64,000 nt of DNA, from contig JAHIRF010000005.1 of the NCBI GenBank assembly GCA_018818785.1, positions 139,790 to 203,789 on the forward strand, given 5' to 3'. The stretch's first letter is position 1. The number at the start of each line of letters is the position of its first letter. The notes below the pieces were generated by a model. The model searched no databases. It was not told where the DNA came from and saw only the letters and a list, made by a program, of their open reading frames with translations. Source of the stretch: Thermoplasmatota archaeon (lineage in GTDB: Archaea > Thermoplasmatota > Thermoplasmata > UBA10834). Both the position numbers and the translations under genes were made by a program. Of this stretch, positions 1 through 8,844 are shown piece after piece.

Positions 1-1
1 G

Positions 2-454
2 GTGAAGCCACCTCTACACCTGCTGCTCGTGGGCTGCGGGATCATAATGACGTTCGTGATATACTTCGTGATAAGGTTCGAAGTGAAAGAGATTGTAAAA
101 CACGTGAATTACTCCAACCTCGGGGTGAGGTCAGAGCGCAAGAGCGTTATCGTGGATCTGGTGTCGTGGTTGATATTCGGCTCTGTTCTCTCAGTCCTGA
201 TAGTGGTCTCCATATGGACGTACATGTGGCAACTGTCCCTGGTAGTAGCCATCTCTTATCTGGTCGGTCTGTTCTATCTCATGTTTGCAGCGCACAAGCA
301 CCTGTACGCCGAACAAGCCGCATTCATCCCGCCCATATACATGATGCCTCGACATGAGATCAAGGAAGATGATGAGGGGAATGGCCACGCAAAACCTTTG
401 CCGAAGGCGGTGTACGGCGTCGTGAAGACGCTTCCGAAGAACATGCGACTGTAG
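2..454 (+). CDS. hypothetical multi-pass membrane protein, 5' end outside window
   Basis: ORF reaches the window edge. Several hydrophobic helices (LLLVGCGIIMTFVIYFVI, LVSWLIFGSVLSVLIVVSIW). No recognisable catalytic motif. Confidence 0.4.
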   Translation: MKPPLHLLLVGCGIIMTFVIYFVIRFEVKEIVKHVNYSNLGVRSERKSVIVDLVSWLIFGSVLSVLIVVSIWTYMWQLSLVVAISYLVGLFYLMFAAHKHLYAEQAAFIPPIYMMPRHEIKEDDEGNGHAKPLPKAVYGVVKTLPKNMRL

Positions 455-588
455 TAGCGCTCAGAGCGACACTTGGGTCGCTGATCATCCCTGATGAAAA
501 TTGCTCTCCGAAGACCGCATTTGGCCATCAAAGATGGTTTGGCCGAATATGATAATCATCATATCTTCTCCTGGTCAATCACCCTTCA

Positions 589-1200
589 ATGACCTGGAAG
601 TCACAGGACGGCTATACTGCAGGGTTGTATAGCGGCGTTCTCGCGATCGTCACTTTCTGTGTGCTGTATCCAATTGCAGCTTACCAGGACCCAGACTATA
701 GATTCCTTGACAACTACCTGAGCGATCTTGGTGTAGGTCCAGGTGCATGGGCTTTCAACTCTGGACTTATCGTGACCGGTTCTCTCCTCGCGGTGTTCGC
801 AATATTTGGGGTGTACCGAGCGATCGGAACTGGCATATGGTCCAAACTGGGCACGGCAGCACTCGCAATATCTGGTGCATTTCTGGTATGTATTGGAATA
901 TTCACCGAGGATTTCGACGAGGTCCACACATTCTTCTCGTTCGCTTTTTTCATAACACTATTGATCACACTCGGGCTGATGTCCGTTGTCATGATCAGGA
1001 CCAAGGCGCTAGGTTCCATAGGCACCGGTGCGTCGATAACTGCCTTCATGGCAGGGGCGGCGTTGATCCCGCTCGGGGCGAATCCATTCACGGAGACCAT
1101 TGCTGTCTTGATCATACTGGCATGGGGTTCTTTGATCACGGTCCTTATATTCCTGAAGGACCAGGTTCAGAGCTCCGGCGAACCACATCTACGCCGTTAA
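589..1200 (+). CDS. polytopic membrane protein, DUF998-like
   Basis: ATG start. About 6 predicted transmembrane helices. An LSDLGVG motif after the first helix resembles the DUF998 family; recalled from memory, not searched. Confidence 0.45.
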   Translation: MTWKSQDGYTAGLYSGVLAIVTFCVLYPIAAYQDPDYRFLDNYLSDLGVGPGAWAFNSGLIVTGSLLAVFAIFGVYRAIGTGIWSKLGTAALAISGAFLVCIGIFTEDFDEVHTFFSFAFFITLLITLGLMSVVMIRTKALGSIGTGASITAFMAGAALIPLGANPFTETIAVLIILAWGSLITVLIFLKDQVQSSGEPHLRR

Positions 1201-1287
1201 GTGTGCCCTACAATCATTTTAAAACAGTAGTGCAATCAGCATCGCTAAGCAAGCCTGCATCACAGGCTGGAATAGAGGTCGAACGAA

Positions 1288-2493
1288 ATGAAAGCCAACG
1301 AGTACAGGGAACTTGATGAGAAATATGGGGCGCACAACTACCACCCGTTGCCAGTCGTACTGTCCAAGGCAAAGGGCGTTTGGGTCTGGGATGTCGAGGG
1401 AAACAAGTACATCGACATGCTGAGCTCATACTCCGCAATCAACCAGGGGCACCTTCATCCCAAGATTGTCGCAGCGGCTATCGAACAGCTCACAAGGATA
1501 TCCCTCTCGTCGAGAGCGTTCTCGAACGACAGGATGGGGCCGTATCTGAAGAAGCTCTGCGAGATCAGCGGTATGGAGATGGCCTTGCCGATGAACACTG
1601 GCGCAGAGGCCGTGGAGACCGCGCTGAAACTCGCTCGCAGATGGGCATATCAGAAGATGGGGGTTCCAGAGAACAAGGGTGAGTTGATAGTATGCGAGAA
1701 CAACTTCCATGGGAGAACCACGACCATCATCAGCTTTTCATCGGATCCAGGTTCCAAGAAGGGCTTTGGCCCTTACACGCCAGGCTTCGTGACCATTCCG
1801 TACAACGATATCAAGAGCTTCGAGAATGCGATCACCCCGAACACGATCGGTATCATGGTCGAGCCGATCCAAGGCGAGGCCGGTATCAATGTGCCATCTC
1901 CTGGCTACCTGAAGGAGCTCAGAAGGATCTGCACCGAGAAAGGCATACTGCTCATAATCGATGAGATACAGACGGGGTTCGCCAGGACCGGCAAGATGTT
2001 CGCCTTCGAACACGACGGGATCAAGCCGGATATCCTCTGTGTCGGCAAGGCTCTCGGAGGAGGACTGTATCCTGTATCCGCCGCGCTCTCGTCCAGGGAG
2101 ATAATGAGCATGTTCACACCCGGGTCGCACGGTAGCACATTCGGAGGCAACCCGCTCGCATGCGCGATAGCAGAAGCCGCCCTGGATGTCCTTATCGAGG
2201 AGAAGCTGACTAAGAGATCCACGGAGATGGGCGAGTACTTCGTCAAGAAGTTGAAGGAAGTCAAGACCCCCAAGATCAAGGAGATCAGGGCAAGGGGGCT
2301 GCTCATCGGTGTAGAATTCCACCTCGGTGCAAAGGAGACTGTCAGGCCTATCTGCGAGAAGCTCATGCAGAACGGAGTTCTTGCGAAGGACACACATGAG
2401 AAGACCATCAGGTTCGCACCTCCGCTCACGATCACAACGGATGAGATCGACTGGGCGATGGAGCGGATCAAGAAGGTCTTCGAAGAATATTGA
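1288..2493 (+). CDS. rocD: ornithine aminotransferase (class-III PLP aminotransferase)
   Basis: Motifs LSSYSAINQGH, DEIQTGFARTG and GKALGGG, with near-collinear similarity to eukaryotic and bacterial OAT. An AG-rich Shine-Dalgarno-like stretch precedes the ATG. Confidence 0.85.
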   Translation: MKANEYRELDEKYGAHNYHPLPVVLSKAKGVWVWDVEGNKYIDMLSSYSAINQGHLHPKIVAAAIEQLTRISLSSRAFSNDRMGPYLKKLCEISGMEMALPMNTGAEAVETALKLARRWAYQKMGVPENKGELIVCENNFHGRTTTIISFSSDPGSKKGFGPYTPGFVTIPYNDIKSFENAITPNTIGIMVEPIQGEAGINVPSPGYLKELRRICTEKGILLIIDEIQTGFARTGKMFAFEHDGIKPDILCVGKALGGGLYPVSAALSSREIMSMFTPGSHGSTFGGNPLACAIAEAALDVLIEEKLTKRSTEMGEYFVKKLKEVKTPKIKEIRARGLLIGVEFHLGAKETVRPICEKLMQNGVLAKDTHEKTIRFAPPLTITTDEIDWAMERIKKVFEEY

Positions 2494-2505
2494 TAAACAT
2501 CACTG

Positions 2506-2546
2506 CACGGGGGATTTTGCATCCCCGTGGCAATCTTATTTTTCTT
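2506..2546 (+). terminator. GC hairpin followed by T-tract, downstream of rocD
   Basis: cacgggggat/atccccgtg stem followed by cttatttttctt. An archaeal-style oligo-T terminator. Confidence 0.4.
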
Positions 2547-2575
2547 GGTTGCGTCATACCTCTACTGGGAGTCAT

Positions 2576-2992
2576 ATGGAAGTAATGCGGAATGGCAACC
2601 TGATATTTCTGCGTCTCGATCACGACGACGATATTCTGGCCAAGGTCCATGAGATCATCGCATCTGAAAAGTCGACGATGGTCTTCACAACCGGACTCGG
2701 TATGATACATGATTTCGAGCTGGGGTACTTCGACAACGGGCAATATCTGAAGAAGCACTATGCTGAGCCACACGAGCTTCTCTCGGTCCAGGGCTCCGTA
2801 TCTTCTGATGGAGAATCAAGGATCCATATTCACATCACAGTCGCAGACAAAGCACATGAGTCATTCGGAGGCCACCTACTATCTGGACGTGTCTGGATGA
2901 GCAATGAATTGGTGTTGTTGACAGTCGATGGTGTACGATCAAGACGAGAAATCGATCCAATCAGAAAGGTCGCAATCCTTCACTTTCCATGA
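2576..2992 (+). CDS. PPC/DUF296-domain (PCC) DNA-binding protein
   Basis: Motifs RIHIHITVAD and ESFGGHLLSGRV are typical of DUF296. The longer ORF from 2327 overlaps rocD and is judged an artefact; the internal ATG at 2576 is used. Confidence 0.5.
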   Translation: MEVMRNGNLIFLRLDHDDDILAKVHEIIASEKSTMVFTTGLGMIHDFELGYFDNGQYLKKHYAEPHELLSVQGSVSSDGESRIHIHITVADKAHESFGGHLLSGRVWMSNELVLLTVDGVRSRREIDPIRKVAILHFP

Positions 2993-3004
2993 AGTGGATA
3001 TTCG

Positions 3005-3985
3005 CTAGAGCAGATCCTTGACCATCAATATTTCTGTTGATTCGACCTCGAATCCTGCGGACTTGTACATGCCAAGAGCCTTCTCGTTCTCAGCATCGAC
3101 CATCAGCAGGACTCGTTTGGCTCCTTGAGACTTGAGCCAGTTCACACTATCGAGAAGGAGATTCCTACCCAACCCCTGCCTGCGATGTGATTGGACGACC
3201 CCCAGGATGGCTACCCATCCTTCTCTCACATCTCTTCCTTCGGTCTCAGGTTGCCTATCCTCACTCATAGCGAAGCCAACCGTTTTCCCATCGTCCACTG
3301 CGAACGTGACTGCAAACCTGTCGTTTGTGGCCTCGAAGAAATTCTTGAACCTGTCCATTGTGACGGGCGCGTAATTGAAATGATCCACAAACGATTCGTT
3401 TCGGACATCAACAATTCTCGAGGAGAGATTTTCGATATCATCCTCGATGAGTATGTGCTCAATCCTAATGCCCTTCGGAAACACGGCCTCCTCCGGTTCG
3501 CAATTCCCTTTTCGAACTATTTCGTAATACCTTCGGACTTCACGGAAGCCCGAGTTCTCCAGCAATTTCTTCTTCCAGGAGTCAATCTGATAGCACGGTA
3601 TCTGCGTCGCGGATACACCACGACCTACGAGATAATCGAGGGACTTCTCAAGAAGTGTTTCTTCGATTCCGTCGCATCTATGATTCCGCATGATCTCGAT
3701 GTATAGATACGAATCTCTCAATCCATAGGCCAGTCTGGCCTGGTCCACAAATCCGTTTGCATGACCAACAGCTTCTCCATCGATGATTGCCAGCCAAGCC
3801 CCTTCCGGGTCGTAATCGCTATCGAGAAAAGTCTCCACTCTCATCTCATCTGGATTTACCATTCTTTGCGAGGGTAGACCTGCTCTTGAATCGTTAGAGA
3901 TCTTCGCCATCGACTCGACGTCACTCTCGGTCGGATGTCGATATTCTATTTCGGGCATTATTCTCACCACGGATATGTGAGCCAT
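3005..3985 (-). CDS. tandem GNAT N-acetyltransferase (two acetyltransferase domains, MshD-like architecture)
   Basis: The C-terminal half has the Q/RxxGxG/A acetyl-CoA motif (HRRQGLGRNLL). The N-terminal half has a second GNAT-like fold. Confidence 0.6.
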   Translation of the reverse strand: MAHISVVRIMPEIEYRHPTESDVESMAKISNDSRAGLPSQRMVNPDEMRVETFLDSDYDPEGAWLAIIDGEAVGHANGFVDQARLAYGLRDSYLYIEIMRNHRCDGIEETLLEKSLDYLVGRGVSATQIPCYQIDSWKKKLLENSGFREVRRYYEIVRKGNCEPEEAVFPKGIRIEHILIEDDIENLSSRIVDVRNESFVDHFNYAPVTMDRFKNFFEATNDRFAVTFAVDDGKTVGFAMSEDRQPETEGRDVREGWVAILGVVQSHRRQGLGRNLLLDSVNWLKSQGAKRVLLMVDAENEKALGMYKSAGFEVESTEILMVKDLL

Positions 3986-4056
3986 TTGAATATAATCTTT
4001 TGAGGCCTCTTGTCCGGAGAATCAGGGAACCAATCTCAATTCTAAGGATGTAATCA

Positions 4057-4467
4057 TCAATCCAGGTCATCTCTGACAACTCGCCTTTTCTTTCCGCATT
4101 CCAGACAAGAATCTCTATGGACACAGAGGGTTCCTCCGCACTCAGGGCATGTCCATCTTATTTTTTCACTCGCAACAAATTTCCTTATCCCATTTTCTTG
4201 AATATTTTCAAGGTTCTCGATCATGCTCATCCCATATCTGGTTCTGTATCTCTTATCCAATTGTTTCATTCTTCTACATGGGAATTTGTCGCATGTGAAA
4301 CAGAATCTCGGCGTTTTCAGATTCATACACTTTCTAATAGTGCACTTAGAATGATGAGCCTTGTTCGGATTCTCATAATTACACCCTAGACATCTGTTCT
4401 TCTCTCTCTGATGGCCCAGACAGATCGCACAATTCATCCCACATGGTGCGATTAGCTTCAGATTCAT
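4057..4467 (-). CDS. Cys-rich DUF3795-like protein
   Basis: Motifs CGMNCAICLGH, CLGCNYEN and WTCPECGG are several CxxC pairs. Strong Shine-Dalgarno GGAGGAG upstream of the ATG. Confidence 0.45.
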   Translation of the reverse strand: MNLKLIAPCGMNCAICLGHQREKNRCLGCNYENPNKAHHSKCTIRKCMNLKTPRFCFTCDKFPCRRMKQLDKRYRTRYGMSMIENLENIQENGIRKFVASEKIRWTCPECGGTLCVHRDSCLECGKKRRVVRDDLD

Positions 4468-4547
4468 GACTACTCCTCCGCAGATTCAGTCAGCTATTCT
4501 CCAGTCAGTTCGAATAGACATTCCTATCGTCGGTCGAGAAGGGCGCC

Positions 4548-6626
4548 TCATGTTTGAGGCGGTGGGGCCTCCTCTCCCTTGTCGCCATTCTTCCTGATCA
4601 TGGTCACGTAGAGCCCGATCAAGATCGCCGCACCCAATATTCCCCCTATCAGACCCATGATGAATCCTGACAAGCTGATGTCATCACCTTCAGAACTCGA
4701 TTGGTTCTCAACATCTCCAATTCTGTCCACCGTCTCATCAAGCAGGTCCTGGGTGATATTGAGCGACTCGCTAATGGAAGCCAAAGAGATCAGTAGTGCC
4801 TCTAGTTCCGCATCAAACGCTGATTGATTGTCATCTGCACTGTCAAGGCCAACATATAGCTCCTGAATGTCATCTCGCACAGCAGCGAGGCCATCGGATA
4901 GTTCGTCGAGGGAGGCCTGTAGCGTTTCGAGATCGTCCTTGCTAGCATTCAGATCCGACCATATTATGGTCATGTCCGCGACGATCCTTCCGAGATCTTC
5001 TTCCAGAGCAATCAGTTCAGTCCACAGCTCGGGTACTGGATTCTCGTAAGTGATCGTGATGCTTACACTGCGCGAGTTTCCTGAAATGTCCTCTGCGGTC
5101 ACCATGATGGTGTTTTCGCCCTCCGAGAGCGCGAGGTTCATCGAGAATGCACCGGTCAGATCATCCACAGCTGCAATCAAGCCACCGATTGAGAGGGTTG
5201 CTCCAGGCTCTGTAGTCCCGGATACGGTGATGGTCGGTGTGTTGGTGGTGGCGCCCGAAATCGGCTCATCGACAGACAGTGCGGGAGGGGTGACATCCGG
5301 TGCTAGATAGGTATTGACTCCCGCTCTCTGGGTTATTCCATCATGCTGCAACCATATGGCGATGGTCGTTCCCGCACCACCTGAGGCGACATCCGGCAGC
5401 TCTCCCTGTCCCATGAACTCCTCGATGAGCTCTGGCTCACCCCAGCCAATACTGGTCGTATACAAATTCGCATAGACGCTGTAGCGGTAGCCATCGAACT
5501 GTGTCCAGACTGCCACTGCGCCCCCCTTATCATTGAGGGAAATCGCAGGAGTGCCGGCGTTATTGTCGTTCTTCTCAATCAGTTCCGCCGTGCCCCATCC
5601 TGAACTTGGAGTGTATCGATTCGCATGGATGTTGTTCCGTATACCATCCGATTGGGACCAAACGGTGATAGCGTTCCCGTCATCGTCCGTTCCGACGTCC
5701 CAGGCGAGGACGTGTCCCGTATCATCATTCTCGACGAGCTCTGGTTCACCCCAACCATCTCCGGCGACGTACCTGCACGCCAATAGACTGGCGGTCGTGC
5801 CGATCAACTCCTGCCAGACGACGGTGGCATTACCTCCTTCATCCATGGCGATTCTCGGATTTCCCGCAGTCCCGTCATACACATCCTCTACGAGATGTGC
5901 GGTTCCCCACCCTTCACCGATTTTATATTCATTCGCCCAGGCCTCGTAAATGGGGCTAGCCCAGACCTTCCAGACCACCACGGCATTGCCCTTTCCGTCC
6001 ATGGCTATCTGCGGGTAGCTGGGGTTCCCAGGGTAATCGTCTCCAATGATCTCCGTTGGTCCCCACCCCTCACCCTGGACGTACCTACTTGCGGTCACGT
6101 TGACGTGGTAACTATCGAACTGCGTCCAGACTGCGATCATATTATCTTCTCCATCTGTCGCAACAGACGGGCGAACACCTGATGCGGATGAGGCATCCTG
6201 CACGACTTCAGGTGTACTCCAACCCATGCCTGGTCGGTACTGGCTCGAGTATATCCAATAGGGCCCCACATTCTGACTCCACACGATAGTCACATTGCCA
6301 TTGGTGTCTGCAGCAATTGCAGGCGACTCGAGCAACTCCCACGAACCAAACTCGATGGTGCTTGCATCCGTCCATCCCTTGTCTGCGATGTACCTGCTTG
6401 TCATGACATTGATCGTGCTGACGCCATCGTACTGTCCCCAGACAGCCATGCCATTTCCATTCCCATCAACGACCACACTGGGTGCAGTGCAATAACCTAT
6501 ACCATCGTCTATCAATTCCGCTGTGCCCCAGTCGGATGCGACCTCCGCAGAGGATGGAACTGGTGTCATGAGCGTTCCACAGATTGTGATCAGAGCCAAC
6601 ATTGATACGAGCAACTTCCGACGCAT
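4548..6626 (-). CDS. secreted/surface repeat protein: signal peptide, about 8 tandem beta-propeller-like repeats, Ig-like domain, coiled coil, C-terminal TM anchor
   Basis: Start is set at MRRKLLVSMLALITIC, a signal peptide; the upstream part of the ORF overlaps tRNA-Gly. About 45-aa repeats carry DGNGNxxVVWxQxDG...RY...GWG...ELIE. C-terminal IMGLIGGILGAAILIGLYVTMI helix followed by KNGDKGEE. Confidence 0.6.
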   Translation of the reverse strand: MRRKLLVSMLALITICGTLMTPVPSSAEVASDWGTAELIDDGIGYCTAPSVVVDGNGNGMAVWGQYDGVSTINVMTSRYIADKGWTDASTIEFGSWELLESPAIAADTNGNVTIVWSQNVGPYWIYSSQYRPGMGWSTPEVVQDASSASGVRPSVATDGEDNMIAVWTQFDSYHVNVTASRYVQGEGWGPTEIIGDDYPGNPSYPQIAMDGKGNAVVVWKVWASPIYEAWANEYKIGEGWGTAHLVEDVYDGTAGNPRIAMDEGGNATVVWQELIGTTASLLACRYVAGDGWGEPELVENDDTGHVLAWDVGTDDDGNAITVWSQSDGIRNNIHANRYTPSSGWGTAELIEKNDNNAGTPAISLNDKGGAVAVWTQFDGYRYSVYANLYTTSIGWGEPELIEEFMGQGELPDVASGGAGTTIAIWLQHDGITQRAGVNTYLAPDVTPPALSVDEPISGATTNTPTITVSGTTEPGATLSIGGLIAAVDDLTGAFSMNLALSEGENTIMVTAEDISGNSRSVSITITYENPVPELWTELIALEEDLGRIVADMTIIWSDLNASKDDLETLQASLDELSDGLAAVRDDIQELYVGLDSADDNQSAFDAELEALLISLASISESLNITQDLLDETVDRIGDVENQSSSEGDDISLSGFIMGLIGGILGAAILIGLYVTMIRKNGDKGEEAPPPQT

Positions 6627-6721
6627 TGTCTCCCCATAAGGGCAATGGCTACACTGACTAAATCCCTTTGCAGGGCAACCCTGAAGACGAAATGAATTCT
6701 CTGGACGAAGAAGCATAGGAG

Positions 6722-6793
6722 TGCGGCTGCCGGGATTCGAACCCGGGCTTGAAGCTTGGGAAGCTTCAGTCCTAACCACTAGACTACAGCCGC
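6722..6793 (-). tRNA. tRNA-Gly (anticodon CCC)
   Basis: Reverse complement folds as a 72-nt cloverleaf: acceptor GCGGCTG/CAGCCGC, anticodon loop TTCCCAA, T-arm CCGGGTTCGAATCCCGG. Confidence 0.85.
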
Positions 6794-6850
6794 TTGTATT
6801 GCACGAATGTGGCATTTTGATTTAAACATATCCGAGCGGAAGGCGGTCTA

Positions 6851-7552
6851 TTATGATTCGATAACGGACAGGAAATGGTAGCCGTCTCTCGAGACGATCT
6901 CCTTCGAATCCAACCTGATCGGGTATGAGAACATCGGTCCGTCCGTCACCACCGTGTGATACTCGCCGTTCTCTCCCGCTGCATCTATTCCTATGGCTTC
7001 TATCTCACTCACGACGCTCGGTGTCAGTTCCTTTCCGAGGTAACTCTTATCCAAAACACCGTCCTTGACGGATACGATCCTGGCTTCGAAACCCATTGCG
7101 AAGAACTCGGCCAGCAGTTCTCGTCTGCCCATTTTCCAGAGCGGAAGAGCCGCCTTCATCCCCTTCTCCAATGTGACCCTCTCGACCCATTCCCTGTGAC
7201 CTTCGAGGTCTATGTCACCGAAGACACCGTGGGTTATCCCCAGCTTCTTCAGTTCATCCAGGGCATCTTTGAACTGCCCTTCGTACCCCTCCCAGGAGGC
7301 ATTCCTGGTCATCAGTGGGATCCCCATCGCTCTGGCTTGGCTGTCAATCACGGAGACGGGCAATCCATGCCCCCGCGACCTATCACCGGTCTCGATCAGC
7401 ATGGTCAGAAGATTTCTGGGCGATGCTCCGAGCTCGATGGCATGGAACAATGCGAGTGCGGAGTCCTTACCTCCGCTCCACGAACAAAAGAATGGTGTTT
7501 CGGGAACCAGCGTCTCTACTTCACGTTCTCGAGCTGGCTTATGATGTTCCAT
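6851..7552 (-). CDS. dph6: diphthine-ammonia ligase N-terminal domain protein (MJ0570-family PP-loop ATPase)
   Basis: PP-loop SWSGGKDS near the N-terminus. Overall MJ0570-like ATP-binding-domain pattern. Confidence 0.6.
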   Translation of the reverse strand: MEHHKPAREREVETLVPETPFFCSWSGGKDSALALFHAIELGASPRNLLTMLIETGDRSRGHGLPVSVIDSQARAMGIPLMTRNASWEGYEGQFKDALDELKKLGITHGVFGDIDLEGHREWVERVTLEKGMKAALPLWKMGRRELLAEFFAMGFEARIVSVKDGVLDKSYLGKELTPSVVSEIEAIGIDAAGENGEYHTVVTDGPMFSYPIRLDSKEIVSRDGYHFLSVIES

Positions 7553-7770
7553 ATGAGCGTCCGCCCGTGGAGGGGTATGTTCGGGTCATTGGCTAGTTCG
7601 TCGAGGATCATGATCGCGCTCGCGCTCCTGATGTCCAAAGCCTCCTCTTTGTGCGACAGTCTCTCCTTTGCTTGTGTCGCACCGCGCCGGATGTTCCTCG
7701 GGACCGAGTTGTCCTCGGCCAGCTGGTCCAACACCTCCATGATCTGTCTAAGCTTTGTTTCCATATCCAT
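7516..7770 (-). CDS. UPF0147-family small protein
   Basis: About 85-aa helical protein resembling archaeal UPF0147. ATG taken at 7770; a GTG alternative lies at 7779. TATA-like ttaataat lies about 25 nt upstream. Confidence 0.45.
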   Translation of the reverse strand: MDMETKLRQIMEVLDQLAEDNSVPRNIRRGATQAKERLSHKEEALDIRSASAIMILDELANDPNIPLHGRTLIWNIISQLENVK

Positions 7771-7816
7771 AGCGCTCACCTTCGAAAGTGATTATTAATG
7801 AGAAAGGCGGAGAAGA

Positions 7817-8161
7817 CTATTCCTTCTGCTCTTCCTCAACATCGACCTTGATCTTGCCTCTTTCCTTGAATGTGGTGACGACCATGAAGGTCTTGGTCTC
7901 CTTCACACCGTTTATGTCTGCGACATCGTCGACTATGAACTTCTTGAGTGCTCCATAATTAGGGAACCTTGCCTTCGCGAAGATATCCGTGTCTCCTGTG
8001 ACCAGGAATACATCCTCGACATGGTCGAAGGACGCGATCTTCTCCGCGACATCGTCGGACCCCTTCGTGTCGATCTTGAAGCTGATCAGGGCCGTGACCT
8101 GTTCTTCTCCATAGTACGTCGAGATGATCTCCTCGTACTCCTTCTTGTCTTTATCTTCCAT
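7817..8161 (-). CDS. stand-alone Lrp/AsnC C-terminal (RAM) ligand-binding domain protein
   Basis: RAM-domain pattern (VFLVTGDTDIFAKARFPNYGALKKFI). No N-terminal HTH is present. Confidence 0.55.
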   Translation of the reverse strand: MEDKDKKEYEEIISTYYGEEQVTALISFKIDTKGSDDVAEKIASFDHVEDVFLVTGDTDIFAKARFPNYGALKKFIVDDVADINGVKETKTFMVVTTFKERGKIKVDVEEEQKE

Positions 8162-8844
8162 GTCTTCGCCCCCCGATCGAGGATGCCTCTATCCGCGTGG
8201 TGCGGTTATCCGAGCTCAGGCGCCCTTAGGGTCAACAAGAGCCTTATCCTCGGCATTCCCGGAAGGGACTGCTTTGATAAGGGTCGGTACGAGCCCGATG
8301 TTACAGGCGTGCGCCTTCGAATTCCTCTTGGAGGTCTATGATCACCTGTTCAAGGATCTCCTCCAAGCTGGCGCTCCTGTACTCTCTCATTCCACCAAGG
8401 TCACTCTGAACTCTTGCAACATACGATGCGTTGCTCTTCAGAAACTCAACGTTGCACAAGGGCTCTTCCATCCGTGTTCACCCCATCTGGCCCAGGCACC
8501 ACCCGAGGCCATGGTTAGCGCGCTGGTGCGCCATATATCCTCTATTATTTAGACCTTTCTTAAAATGCTTCCGGTCACCCGACTAGCCAGAAAGCGATCT
8601 GACGCGAGTCCAGGTCGGATGATGGGGCCGTCAGGCCTGATCCACCCCCCAAAAAACATGCCATCCCTGATTGGTTTACAATGTCCAAGTTCGACCAATG
8701 CCAGCAACCAAGTATTATATATCGCGGCGACCGTAATCCCCAAATCGATGAACTCGGCAGCCAATAGCCTTATCATAATTATAGGCTGATTCTTGCCCCC
8801 ATTGCCGAGTTTGTATTAGAGGCCTTTTGGAGGGATTTGTTGTC

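Noticed and set aside
2327-2575. 5' extension of the PPC-domain ORF
   Set aside because: It overlaps the 3' end of rocD in another frame. The conserved domain starts after the internal ATG at 2576.
6627-6815. N-terminal 63 codons of ORF 4548..6815
   Set aside because: This stretch runs antisense across the tRNA-Gly(CCC) gene. An internal ATG at 6626 gives a clean signal peptide, so the upstream part is an ORF-caller extension.
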